Below, piece by piece: positions 1 through 8,476 of a stretch of 43,342 bases of DNA. Source of the DNA: a virus (taxonomy: Duplodnaviria > Caudoviricetes); IMG/VR virus record IMGVR_UViG_3300033067_000406, positions 1 to 43,342 of that record. One strand, given 5' to 3'. Below the pieces are notes generated by a model. The model was not told the origin of the DNA. It worked only from the letters and a program-made list of their open reading frames with translations, and did no database searches. How positions within the stretch are numbered: the first letter of the stretch is position 1; every line of letters begins with the position of its first letter. A program made the translations under genes and the position numbers.

Positions 1-38
1 GCGAAGCGCCATAATGTTGAACTTAGGGAGTATTGAAC

Positions 39-227
39 ATGAGCGAGCAACTCCAAGAGACCATCACGCCCAAGGGCCGCACCTATTACCTAAACGGGGT
101 GCGCGTCTCCAAGGCGGCCTACGATGCGGTACGCAATAGCCCTTATCGCTCGGGCTCATGCTTCCAGACTGTCACCAAGGGAGACACCATCCGCCACTAT
201 TCCGTGTGGTATCTCTCCAAGCTTTAG
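39..227 (+). CDS. small early hypothetical protein
   Basis: ORF; ATG at 39 preceded by AGGGAG RBS (25-30). Confidence 0.7.
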   Translation: MSEQLQETITPKGRTYYLNGVRVSKAAYDAVRNSPYRSGSCFQTVTKGDTIRHYSVWYLSKL

Positions 228-235
228 GCCCTAGC

Positions 236-270
236 GGTTTGCTCCTAGGGGTTATCCCTAGGGGCGGACC
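236..270 (+). other. long intergenic hairpin, RNase III processing site-like
   Basis: GGTTTGCTCCTAGGG-GTTAT-CCCTAGGGGCGGACC gives a 15 bp stem with GU pairs and no U-tract; T7-like early mRNAs carry such sites. Confidence 0.55.
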
Positions 271-312
271 AGTGGAGCAATGACGCTACACTAAAGAAGG
301 AGCATCTAGGTT

Positions 313-780
313 ATGCCAATCCCTGAAACAATCTCTAAGGCAGTGGCGGATCACATCACTATCCCGCCACACATTGCCGCTTGCGCCAGCGCTTGTCGTT
401 ATGACCTTTACCACGGGCCCTGCTTTAGCCGTGTCCCTCCTGAAGGCATTGAAGCCTTTACGGTGGATCATTACGCCACTTTTGCAAGTGACCTTGAAGA
501 CCTCCCCGGGGAAACAACTGAGACCTATGTTGGGCCGGTGGGCGATGCTTTGCGCGGGTTCCTAGATGGTCTCCCCTCGAAATTGTTTGTTGATGCTGAA
601 GCGGGCTGCATCCTGGAGCGGGAACCCGAGGGTGAATACCTCAATGCGAAAACTATGGAGCCTTGCGATAGTGATGCTGAAGGCGCGGAATACTTTGAGC
701 CGGGGGAATACTACGAGTTAGACCATGGCGACATTGTGGAAGCCTTATTCGGTAAGACTATCGCGCGGGAGTTTTCCTAA
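313..780 (+). CDS. highly acidic early protein
   Basis: 155 aa ORF with AAGGAG RBS; about 31 D/E versus 9 K/R by hand count. Confidence 0.75.
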   Translation: MPIPETISKAVADHITIPPHIAACASACRYDLYHGPCFSRVPPEGIEAFTVDHYATFASDLEDLPGETTETYVGPVGDALRGFLDGLPSKLFVDAEAGCILEREPEGEYLNAKTMEPCDSDAEGAEYFEPGEYYELDHGDIVEALFGKTIAREFS

Positions 781-986
781 TGTCTCGCCCCCTAAACAAT
801 ACCGAAAAGGCCCAGCTACGCGCCATGATAGCCCGCACTAGCCTATGGGAGGTCGCCGCATCACTGGCCCCGGCCATTGCTAACGCTGGAAGGGCGGCAA
901 TCAATTTAGGCGCATCGGAACGCGGTATGGAGATGATAGGCGTGGCGTCTAGTCTCCAGGATTTTAACCCTAGGAAGGAAAACTAA
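780..986 (+). CDS. early hypothetical protein
   Basis: TAATG coupling to upstream gene. Confidence 0.65.
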   Translation: MSRPLNNTEKAQLRAMIARTSLWEVAASLAPAIANAGRAAINLGASERGMEMIGVASSLQDFNPRKEN

Positions 987-988
987 CT

Positions 989-1528
989 ATGAGCAAATCA
1001 ATTGGAGACTTCGTAACGGAGCATGGCCTAACACTTGAGGCCCAACCCATTGCACACCGGCCGGATGGGCTCATGGATTACGGCAAGAGGATTATACCAA
1101 GCCACTTCCTTTGCATTATCAAAAACCCGGCCGGGATCCTCATGACAACATACTACAGCGTAGGGCCGGGGGTTGTTGACGCATGGATCCGCAAGGCTAA
1201 CCCCTTGGGCGCTGGTTGGGGCTTGTCTGACAAGCGGCGCCACTGGCTCCGGCAACCCAATACGCTTTATGCCCAAGAATACCGCAACGCTGTAAAGGAT
1301 AAGTTCCGGCCGGAGTTGGCCGACATCCTAGATAGCCTAGCCTCCGATGCAGTGGGCCTTGAAGCCACCCGCGATTTTGAAGAATGGGCTAGTGAATATG
1401 GATTTGACACTGATAGCCGCAAAGCGGAGGCTATCTATAACGCTACAAAAGCCAATACGCGCGACCTCGAAAGAGTGCTAGGCCGGGTGGCGTTGCAGGA
1501 ACTCATAAGCGAAGTGGAGAGGCTCTAA
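989..1528 (+). CDS. conserved-type phage early hypothetical protein
   Basis: RBS; FEEWASEYGFDTDSRKAE motif of a kind recurrent in phage early proteins. Confidence 0.75.
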   Translation: MSKSIGDFVTEHGLTLEAQPIAHRPDGLMDYGKRIIPSHFLCIIKNPAGILMTTYYSVGPGVVDAWIRKANPLGAGWGLSDKRRHWLRQPNTLYAQEYRNAVKDKFRPELADILDSLASDAVGLEATRDFEEWASEYGFDTDSRKAEAIYNATKANTRDLERVLGRVALQELISEVERL

Positions 1529-1530
1529 AG

Positions 1531-1579
1531 GTTGCCAACTTCAGGGGCTCCCAAGTGTGGGGCTCCTGATATAGGCAAC
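1531..1579 (+). other. imperfect long hairpin, RNase III site-like
   Basis: GTTGCC/GGCAAC outer stem, TCAGGGGCTCC/GGGGCTCCTGA inner stem; intergenic. Confidence 0.5.
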
Positions 1580-1595
1580 TAGAGGGAGTATCGTT

Positions 1596-1781
1596 ATGCG
1601 TATTACAAGCCAGCGCCAAATCAGGGCGGCATTTTGGGAGCAGCATCCGCAAGCCTCGCGCAAGCGGGGGCGGGATGGCGACTATCTCACAGATACTAGG
1701 CTAGCGTTCTGTGACTTTGTGGAAAGCCTGAGCCGCAACGGAGACATCTCCGAAGCGTTGGCCAACCGCGCCACGCTCTAG
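1596..1781 (+). CDS. small early hypothetical protein
   Basis: GAGGGAG RBS, 61 aa. Confidence 0.7.
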   Translation: MRITSQRQIRAAFWEQHPQASRKRGRDGDYLTDTRLAFCDFVESLSRNGDISEALANRATL

Positions 1782-1849
1782 CACACCCGGGCTATATCAA
1801 ATTGAACCAACCCGCCGCGCTAATGCGGCACATAGAGGAGTATCACGCA

Positions 1850-2392
1850 ATGCCTGAGTTCATCTTGCCGGGGAAGGAAAGTCCCGAGTTCAACACCCTG
1901 GACCCATTCACCCAAGGTTATATTGAGGCCATGTTCTTTACGGATGGGGAGCAGTTGCACCTTGATGGGTGTGGCAATGGGACCTTCCTTGCGGATAGCA
2001 GCGAAGCGCCGTGCTTTGGAGACCTTGCGCCCGAGGCTCTCGCTACCATCATCCTTGATTGCGCCACCTTCCAAGCAGCAAACCGGGAAAGCCTGGAGGT
2101 CGCCTATAGCCGCGCCTATGATGCGGCCCAAGCGGGGCGGGACTATTGGTTTACTCGCAACAGGCACGGCGTGGGGTTTTGGGACCGTAAGGAACTAGAG
2201 CCCGACTCCGAAGAGTATGAGCGGCTAACGGCCGTGATGATGGCCAATCAAGGCGACCGCGAAGTGTGGGGCCAAGCTCTGGCTGCCCGTAAGATCATCT
2301 CCGATGGTGGACTCGGGGAGATACTCTCCAAGGCTTGCCGCCACAGCGAGGTTAACACTTATGTGGGCGATGACGGCAAGGTGTACCTATGA
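1850..2392 (+). CDS. phage early hypothetical protein
   Basis: ATG 1850 after GAGGAG; AGRDYWFTRNRHGVGFWDR motif common in phage early proteins of unknown function. Confidence 0.75.
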   Translation: MPEFILPGKESPEFNTLDPFTQGYIEAMFFTDGEQLHLDGCGNGTFLADSSEAPCFGDLAPEALATIILDCATFQAANRESLEVAYSRAYDAAQAGRDYWFTRNRHGVGFWDRKELEPDSEEYERLTAVMMANQGDREVWGQALAARKIISDGGLGEILSKACRHSEVNTYVGDDGKVYL

Positions 2393-2574
2393 GAAAGCGC
2401 AAACATGGAGACCATGAGGTGTGCGGGTGTTGCGGTCAAGATATTGAGTGGCACGGCAGGGCGCACGGGTGGATTGATCGTGGGGGCAATCGCCCTTGTG
2501 TCTCCTACTTTGTTAAGGGCGAACTTTATGATCCGCCCAAAGGTGCGAAGCACCGGCCGGGGAGGGGGCGCTAA
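2389..2574 (+). CDS. small Cys/His-rich hypothetical protein (possible Zn binder)
   Basis: ATGA overlap upstream, TAATG downstream; CGCCGQDIEW. Confidence 0.6.
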   Translation: MRKRKHGDHEVCGCCGQDIEWHGRAHGWIDRGGNRPCVSYFVKGELYDPPKGAKHRPGRGR

Positions 2575-2756
2575 TGAGCAAGCCCCTAACATTGGAGTTA
2601 TCTCCCGATGATCTGCACACCCTGGCCATATCGGCTGAGACCAAACGGGGGACGCATGTGCGGATACCCAAGGCGCTAATCAAAAAGATGATGGTTGACC
2701 ACACCCGCTTAGTACAATATGCTAAATCGCAAGGGGCCTTAGGGCCTGGTTACTAG
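2574..2756 (+). CDS. small hypothetical protein
   Basis: coupled start, GGAGGG RBS. Confidence 0.65.
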   Translation: MSKPLTLELSPDDLHTLAISAETKRGTHVRIPKALIKKMMVDHTRLVQYAKSQGALGPGY

Positions 2757-2771
2757 GAGGGGCACACCATC

Positions 2772-2927
2772 ATGATGAGCAAGCTTTGTATCTGCATGGG
2801 GATTATTGCCTTGGGGTTCGCCGCCTGGATGGCGGACCTCGGGGTAACCTTCCTGCCTGCCGCCCTATTGTGCGCCGCTTGCGGAGTCATGATGTTGAAT
2901 ATGGGGGTTAGGCTCCGTGACCTCTAA
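2772..2927 (+). CDS. 51 aa two-TM membrane peptide (not in ORF track)
   Basis: AGGAGG RBS; MMSKLCICMGIIALGFAAWMADLGVTFLPAALLCAACGVMMLNMGVRLRDL. Confidence 0.6.
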   Translation: MMSKLCICMGIIALGFAAWMADLGVTFLPAALLCAACGVMMLNMGVRLRDL

Positions 2928-3621
2928 GCGATTGTTCCTAGACCTTGGGGCTCACAAGGGAAACGATACCGCCTTCTACCTGGACAAGGGCTGGCGCACC
3001 GTCACCGTGGAGGCGCACCCCGAGTTAGCCCATGAGTGTGACCAGCGGTTCCACCTCCAGCGGTTCGATTGCCGTGTGGTCCACCGGGCCATATCTCCCG
3101 AAGGCAAACCCACCAAGCTTTACACCTCGGGGAAGGGCGCCCACGGGGAGACCCACTCCACGATACCGGACAGGGTGAAGAGGTCCGAGGAGGTCGCCCA
3201 CACTGTGGAGGGGACCACCGTTGGGTATCTCCTGAAGACGTTCGGGGTGCCTTACTACATGAAGGTGGACATCGAGGGGGCGGACATCGTAGCGATCCGG
3301 CAACTCCATGAATGGCACACCAAGCGCCCCACCAAGTGGGCACCCCTCAACGCTCTCCCTCCGCTCCTCTCAGTGGAACTCTCCCAGAACCACCCCGAGG
3401 AAGCCCTGGAGATATTCTCACACCTTGCCTATATGGGCTACGATAAGTTCTCCCTTGAGGAGCAGCACTGGGACGAGACCGTTGACGTTGACCAGGTGCA
3501 GCACTTTATGAGCCTCTCCCAGGTGGCGGCCGGATGGTTCGGCAACGTCCCGAGGGGCCTCAAGGATATGTGGTATGATCTCCACGCAATGCACTCCACC
3601 TTTGAAGAAGGCACCATCTAA
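2917..3621 (+). CDS. FkbM family SAM-dependent methyltransferase
   Basis: FLDLGAHKG, VTVEA and YYMKVDIEGAD motifs. Confidence 0.88.
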   Translation: MTSKRLFLDLGAHKGNDTAFYLDKGWRTVTVEAHPELAHECDQRFHLQRFDCRVVHRAISPEGKPTKLYTSGKGAHGETHSTIPDRVKRSEEVAHTVEGTTVGYLLKTFGVPYYMKVDIEGADIVAIRQLHEWHTKRPTKWAPLNALPPLLSVELSQNHPEEALEIFSHLAYMGYDKFSLEEQHWDETVDVDQVQHFMSLSQVAAGWFGNVPRGLKDMWYDLHAMHSTFEEGTI

Positions 3622-4097
3622 TGGCCACCCGTAAGAAGCCGAAGAAGCCAAAGCCGACCCGCTATGTAGTCCGCAAGGTGGATCCTATCGCCTACGCCGA
3701 GGAGATCGCCCGGATGATGGCCACGGGGTTCAACAACGGCGCGGGGGACCGCCCCACGACATTCATAGGGATGGCCTGGTGGGTGGCGTTCGCTGTGGTG
3801 GACGGTGTGGAGCAGCCCGTGGGGTGCGCCTCCATGTGTCACTCCATGTACGAGGAGGGCAGCTTCTACCTCGCCAGGGCCTTCGTGGAGGCGGATCATC
3901 GTGGCCAGGGGCTCCAGCGCAAACTCATCCAAGCCCGCGTTGCCCGTGCGAAGGAATTGAAGGGCACCCACGTTTCGAGTGACACCTACGATAACCCGCC
4001 CTCCACGAACAATCTCATTGCGTGTGGCTTCAGGGCATACCGGCCGGCAAGCCAATGGCGCGGGGAGGGCACCATGTATTGGCGCTTGAAGCTGTGA
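3621..4097 (+). CDS. GNAT family N-acetyltransferase
   Basis: acetyl-CoA motif VEADHRGQGLQRKLI and NPPSTNNLIACGF. Confidence 0.88.
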   Translation: MATRKKPKKPKPTRYVVRKVDPIAYAEEIARMMATGFNNGAGDRPTTFIGMAWWVAFAVVDGVEQPVGCASMCHSMYEEGSFYLARAFVEADHRGQGLQRKLIQARVARAKELKGTHVSSDTYDNPPSTNNLIACGFRAYRPASQWRGEGTMYWRLKL

Positions 4098-4192
4098 TTG
4101 ACCCCGAGATTGACGGCCCTACGATCCCGGCTGGCTGTATGCTACCTCTGCTCGCCCTAGCGATGTTGCTCCTTTGGGTGGGTCACCTATGA
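4094..4192 (+). CDS. 32 aa single-TM peptide (not in ORF track)
   Basis: GTGA overlap with upstream stop and ATGA overlap with downstream start; MIDPEIDGPTIPAGCMLPLLALAMLLLWVGHL. Confidence 0.5.
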   Translation: MIDPEIDGPTIPAGCMLPLLALAMLLLWVGHL

Positions 4193-4836
4193 GTTTCAAA
4201 CTCGATGATGCGGGACGCTCTAAGAGCAGCCGCCCTAAGCAAACCCGGGATTGCACCGTGCGAGCCCTCGCCAGGGTTTGCTCCTTCAGTTACGACCAGG
4301 CGTATGATGTCCTGGCGGGCGCTGGGCGGAAGTGCAGCGCGGGGTTTGACATTGAGGATTGGGGCCGGAGCAACACCCTGGTGGATGGCGCCGGGGACTG
4401 GATCTATTGGCAGATGCACAAGATGGGGTTCCATAAGGGAGAACGCTACGGCATCCCGAAGGCCACCAAGCGGTACAGGCTCCACGACTTCCTCAAGGAC
4501 AACCCCAAGGGGCGGTTCATCGTGGCCACAGCCTGTCATGTCCTTGCTGTGGTCAATGGGGTCGCCTACGATGATCTCCCTTGGCATTACTTAGAGAACC
4601 GCCCGGTGTATGCCTGGATGAGGGCTACCGTGGTGTTGGGTCCCCTGTGGCAGATCTACGCAGTACGCTCCATTGGGAAGAAGGGCATGTTGCACAAGCG
4701 CAAGGTGGCGATCACTGAGGGCAGTAACTATAAGCAAGCCATGAGGGCCGCCGCTGCGGATTATGAGTGGGCGCTTCGGGGTAACGAGGATCTTACGGTA
4801 TCGCCCCTTGCGGGGCTGGAGGAGGCAATAGCGTGA
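4189..4836 (+). CDS. hypothetical protein (Cys/His pair, possible peptidase-like fold)
   Basis: DCTVRALA...HVLAVVNG pattern; ATG 4189. Confidence 0.65.
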   Translation: MSFKLDDAGRSKSSRPKQTRDCTVRALARVCSFSYDQAYDVLAGAGRKCSAGFDIEDWGRSNTLVDGAGDWIYWQMHKMGFHKGERYGIPKATKRYRLHDFLKDNPKGRFIVATACHVLAVVNGVAYDDLPWHYLENRPVYAWMRATVVLGPLWQIYAVRSIGKKGMLHKRKVAITEGSNYKQAMRAAAADYEWALRGNEDLTVSPLAGLEEAIA

Positions 4837-5048
4837 ACCAAGCGAGTAAGCAAATTGGTATTGACGAGGCTGGCCGAGGGGCCACCATGTTCCCCGAGGA
4901 ACATCACCGGGTGTTCGCCCGCCAGCAATACATCCCCGCGAGAAGCGGTTGGGAGAGAACCGCCATGCCGGAAACATGGCTGGGGATCTTAGGGAAGATC
5001 ATGGCGGGGATGCTCGTTGGTGCTGGTATCCTAATGTTGGTTGTTTAA
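4833..5048 (+). CDS. small protein with C-terminal TM helix
   Basis: GGAGG RBS, GTGA overlap, hydrophobic C-terminus. Confidence 0.6.
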   Translation: MNQASKQIGIDEAGRGATMFPEEHHRVFARQQYIPARSGWERTAMPETWLGILGKIMAGMLVGAGILMLVV

Positions 5049-5058
5049 GGAGCCCATC

Positions 5059-5268
5059 ATGTTCGGCATTTTTAGACGGCGAGAAATCATTGCGGGCGGC
5101 GGCCAGCCTCGCAACGTGGAAGAAGAAGCCCTGCAATGGCTGGCGCTGGCATATCGCAACACAGACACCGACGCGCGAAAGTACACGCGCTGGAACATGG
5201 CCGTTGCCTATGCCACTGGCAAAGCTAAGGGCCTGTCAGAACCCAACCCCGCACGACCACAGGAATAA
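5059..5268 (+). CDS. small hypothetical protein
   Basis: AAGGAG RBS before ATG 5059. Confidence 0.65.
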   Translation: MFGIFRRREIIAGGGQPRNVEEEALQWLALAYRNTDTDARKYTRWNMAVAYATGKAKGLSEPNPARPQE

Positions 5269-5277
5269 GGAGCCCCA

Positions 5278-6084
5278 TTGACCACGCTCTCAAAGTGCCT
5301 CCACGAAGCCTCCTCCTATTGGGGCTCTCCAAAGAACATCCAAGCGATCCGCGCTGGGGTGTGCGTGGAGATCGTGGGCGCCTCGAAGAACGCTAAGGCC
5401 CTCACCCCGCTGGACGCGGCCCGGTTGCTCAAGAGACTCGGGGAGCGGGGCCTGGCGCGCAAGACCGTATCGGACTACTACTCGTCATTCAAAAGGATGC
5501 TAGCACTCAATGACCAGATCCCATCTAAAGGGTACAGCCGCTGGCCGAAACCTCCAGCACCTCCTCGTAGAGTCCGTAAGCCGATCACTACCCAATGTCT
5601 CGCCCGGGTGGTTGCGGCACTTAATGAACGCAACTTTAGTGAAACTGCGGACCTTGCCACGCTGCTTAACGCTATCGGAGGCCGTGTGCAGCGAGAGGTT
5701 CTCTGGACCGGAAATCTTAAATATCGGACTTATGATGGTACGCTATTTGTGTTCATCACCGGGAAAGGAGGCCATGAGCGCGACATCCCTGTTGTCTGCA
5801 AAGCCGCCCGGGCTATCATCCGAGATCGCGCCCGGTACAGTGCTGTTCTGGCCATCCCCTATAAAACCCACCTGTGGCGCTGGAACGCAATCTGTGAAGA
5901 ACTCGGAATAAAAGGGCTTGCAACTTTCCACAATATCCGGCATAAGTATGCCACCGAGGCGCTTGAACGAAGTGGGGGCAAACTCCGAGTCGTCCAGGAA
6001 CTCCTCGGCCACAGCAACCCGGCCACCACGGCGATCTATACTCATGTGAGTAGAGGCGACCTGGTAAAAGCCCTTACGGAGTGA
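5278..6084 (+). CDS. int: tyrosine recombinase/integrase
   Basis: complete catalytic set: R (GGRV), K (TGKGG), HxxR (FHNIRH), LLGH, Y (TAIYTH); TTG start after AAGGAG. Confidence 0.92.
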   Translation: MTTLSKCLHEASSYWGSPKNIQAIRAGVCVEIVGASKNAKALTPLDAARLLKRLGERGLARKTVSDYYSSFKRMLALNDQIPSKGYSRWPKPPAPPRRVRKPITTQCLARVVAALNERNFSETADLATLLNAIGGRVQREVLWTGNLKYRTYDGTLFVFITGKGGHERDIPVVCKAARAIIRDRARYSAVLAIPYKTHLWRWNAICEELGIKGLATFHNIRHKYATEALERSGGKLRVVQELLGHSNPATTAIYTHVSRGDLVKALTE

Positions 6085-6088
6085 TCCA

Positions 6089-6652
6089 ATGAAATCCTTC
6101 CTGCGTTCCCTGCCCGCCGCCATTGGCGCTCTGTGCCTTGCGGCGGCCCTCTGCTTTACCTCCTCGGCCCCGGCCTTTGCGGCGGTCACCCTGTACACCG
6201 CCTCCAACAAGGTCGCTACTCAGGACTGGAAACTGATCGCCTACGGTAACGTCACCGCAGCCTACTCCAATGCCACGACCGGCTACACGGATGTCACCGG
6301 CTCGTCCTTCACTTACACCCCCACCATCAACGACTGCACCACAGCCGGCCGCCTGCTGAATATCGGCGCCACACTGCCATGCCTGCTGAAGATCACCTGG
6401 TCTTTCGATGTTACCAAGGCCACCGCCACGACCGGCACCTGTGCGGTGTTCGTCAACGGCGCGGTGGTTGCTACTTCGGCCCGCCTAGTGGCGTCCGCTG
6501 CTGGTGCCAACGCTGTCATGGCCGGTGTTCTGGTGGTGCCGGTTACGGTTGTCGGCACCCAGACCATCAAGATGCAGTGCAAGTCGGCTGATACCAACGC
6601 CATCACTGTGAACAACGGCCATGTCGTGGTCGAAGAGGGCCTGCCCTCCTAA
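6089..6652 (+). CDS. secreted beta-rich protein, fibre-tip/TNF-C1q-like jelly roll
   Basis: Sec signal peptide MKSFLRS...APAFA; Thr/Val/Ala-rich beta strands; 4 Cys in mature part. Confidence 0.7.
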   Translation: MKSFLRSLPAAIGALCLAAALCFTSSAPAFAAVTLYTASNKVATQDWKLIAYGNVTAAYSNATTGYTDVTGSSFTYTPTINDCTTAGRLLNIGATLPCLLKITWSFDVTKATATTGTCAVFVNGAVVATSARLVASAAGANAVMAGVLVVPVTVVGTQTIKMQCKSADTNAITVNNGHVVVEEGLPS

Positions 6653-6658
6653 GTAATC

Positions 6659-6746
6659 GCCTTCACGTTCCACCGAGCGAGAAGGTAGGTTCCTAGTGCC
6701 CGGCTCTCAAGCCCCCAGCCCCCGGCCGGGCATTAGTGACAAACCT
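6659..6746 (+). other. two intergenic RNA hairpins
   Basis: GCCTTC/GAAGGT with inner CGTTC/GAGCG; 12 bp stem CTAGTGCCCGGC/GCCGGGCATTAG. Confidence 0.45.
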
Positions 6747-6776
6747 TAGCGCCTACACCACACGGAGACCATCACT

Positions 6777-7118
6777 ATGTCCACATTGCCTTATGGTAAG
6801 TTCTCGGGGATGGTCACCACCCCAATCACCGCAGCGGCGGCTGGCGCCCAGGCGTTCTCCAAGGTTACCGCCGCGAACCAGGTGGGCGACCAGGGCTCCG
6901 AGGGTGACATCTTCCGGTCCATCACCAACGAGCACAGCACCCTAACGATGTACCTGGGGATGACCCAGGCGGCCGCCGCTGGGTTGGCCACCACGGGCTA
7001 CCCGCTGCGTCCCGGCGAGACCTTCGTGCTGCTTGGCCCCTCGGGCGTGGGCTGGAAGGGTGACCTCTGGGTTGCTGAAGCTACGGGCGTTGCCGTGGCC
7101 GGCCGGATGTCCTTCTAA
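6777..7118 (+). CDS. small beta-sandwich protein, possible virion decoration/spike base
   Basis: GGAG RBS; ITN...MYLG...GYPLRPGE pattern resembling small phage structural proteins. Confidence 0.6.
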   Translation: MSTLPYGKFSGMVTTPITAAAAGAQAFSKVTAANQVGDQGSEGDIFRSITNEHSTLTMYLGMTQAAAAGLATTGYPLRPGETFVLLGPSGVGWKGDLWVAEATGVAVAGRMSF

Positions 7119-7765
7119 TGGAACATCCCAAGCCCATCTCCTACCGCCGCGTTCTCCTGTTGGTTTCCGCCCTGGCGTTGATCGTAGGGTTCCTCACAAT
7201 GGGGATCTTTGGGCCTGCCAAGGCGGCTGGGCTCGGGCCGGTAAGTCCGCCACCGAGTGTCCTCTTTGGTCAGCCCAACACGTTCACTCAGCGCCAGATC
7301 ATGCCGGCAACCGTCCTCAGGGTGTACCTGGCGGTCAATCAATCGGTAACGGACGCCACCAACGCATACATAAAATATGACACGGTGGACATTGACTCCC
7401 TCTCAGCCTACTCCACCGGTACGGGCCTCTACACGCCCACCATCGCGGGGAAGTACCTGGTGTGCGCCACGGCGAGGGGCACCGTGACTACCGCCCTGAC
7501 TAGCTTAAATATGTTCATCTCCAAGAACGCCACCGGATCACCACCTGTCGCAACCTCGGGCGCGCCCCGTGCCATCGTTGGCCCCCTCTCGGCGGGATCA
7601 CCCCAAATCTCCCAAGAGGCTAGTGGCTGCGTTATATTCTCGATGAACGGCACCTCGGATACAATCTCGGTGGTTGGCACGGTTACTGGCACTGGGGGCG
7701 GAGACCTCTTTGATGGCGCCTCCTTTCCGTACAACACTCTCACAGTAGTTTTCCTCGGCTCGTAA
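7118..7765 (+). CDS. secreted C1q-like domain protein (fibre-tip-like)
   Basis: signal peptide ending PAKA; NTFTQRQ shaft-like motif; C1q pattern YDTVDID..AYSTGTGLYTPTIAGKYLV. Confidence 0.72.
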   Translation: MEHPKPISYRRVLLLVSALALIVGFLTMGIFGPAKAAGLGPVSPPPSVLFGQPNTFTQRQIMPATVLRVYLAVNQSVTDATNAYIKYDTVDIDSLSAYSTGTGLYTPTIAGKYLVCATARGTVTTALTSLNMFISKNATGSPPVATSGAPRAIVGPLSAGSPQISQEASGCVIFSMNGTSDTISVVGTVTGTGGGDLFDGASFPYNTLTVVFLGS

Positions 7766-7798
7766 CCCCCTGCAAAGAAACCCCACGGAGACTTCCCT

Positions 7799-8065
7799 AT
7801 GACCACCCATGTTATCTATGTCGCCTGGCCCAATGCGGGCGGATCCAATGTGGGCTACGCCGCCCCGACCCCTAGTGGCCTGTCCATCAACGATGCCACC
7901 ACGGGCAGCGGCATCACGAAGGCCCTCTTGGACGACCAGGTTGGCTCCACCGCGCTCATCAAGTTGAGCAAGCTTCTGGCCGAGTTCCAGCGTTCGGACA
8001 AGTACGGTCGCAAGTGGATGTCCTCCTCGGATGGTGGTGTCACGTTCCTCCAGCCGCTTCTCTAA
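7799..8065 (+). CDS. hypothetical protein
   Basis: GGAG RBS, phage-typical codon usage. Confidence 0.7.
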   Translation: MTTHVIYVAWPNAGGSNVGYAAPTPSGLSINDATTGSGITKALLDDQVGSTALIKLSKLLAEFQRSDKYGRKWMSSSDGGVTFLQPLL

Positions 8066-8134
8066 CACCCAGTCCCGTGCTGGCGGGTATCCAGCTTTTA
8101 GTTACCCACCCCGGGTAGCGCATTGGAGAGTATC

Positions 8135-8476
8135 ATGTCAGAAAAAGAAGGTATCCCCGAGTTCTTCTCGTGGTTCGGCACCAAGCTGAAGGCCCTGTTC
8201 GTCAAGGCAGAGCCGGCGCTGGTGGCCCTGGTGAAGAAGTTCGTGGCCGAGTTTGAGGAGGTCGCCATCAATGCGGTGGCCGCCGAGGCTCCCAAGGTGA
8301 TCGCCGGCACGGAGAAGTTCGCCAATGCGGTGGCCGTGGTGAAGGACGCTGTGGTGGCCAAGGGCTGGCTGGTCCGCGACTCCCTGATCTCCACCCTGGT
8401 GCAGGACGCCTATCTGGCGTGGAAGGTGAACAACCCGCCGCAGCCCGGTGAAGTCCTCATCAAGGCGCCGAAGTAA
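8135..8476 (+). CDS. putative holin (LL-H family-like)
   Basis: GTEKFANAV...G...SLISTLVQDAY resembles the LL-H holin C-terminal pattern; directly upstream of the spanin pair; N-terminal TM is weak. Confidence 0.5.
   Translation: MSEKEGIPEFFSWFGTKLKALFVKAEPALVALVKKFVAEFEEVAINAVAAEAPKVIAGTEKFANAVAVVKDAVVAKGWLVRDSLISTLVQDAYLAWKVNNPPQPGEVLIKAPK

Noticed and set aside
4-28. GCGCCATAATGTTGAA resembling the XerC arm of dif
   Set aside because: No XerD arm (TTATGTTAAAT-like), and it lies inside the origin-spanning CDS
4098-4125. TTGACC-16-TACGAT promoter-like sequence
   Set aside because: Short spacer, and better explained as part of a doubly coupled 32 aa ORF
6759-7792. Repeated CACGGAGAC before genes 6777, 7799 and 14698 (CsrA-like ANGGA)
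   Set aside because: Adequately explained as shared Shine-Dalgarno context; too short to claim regulation
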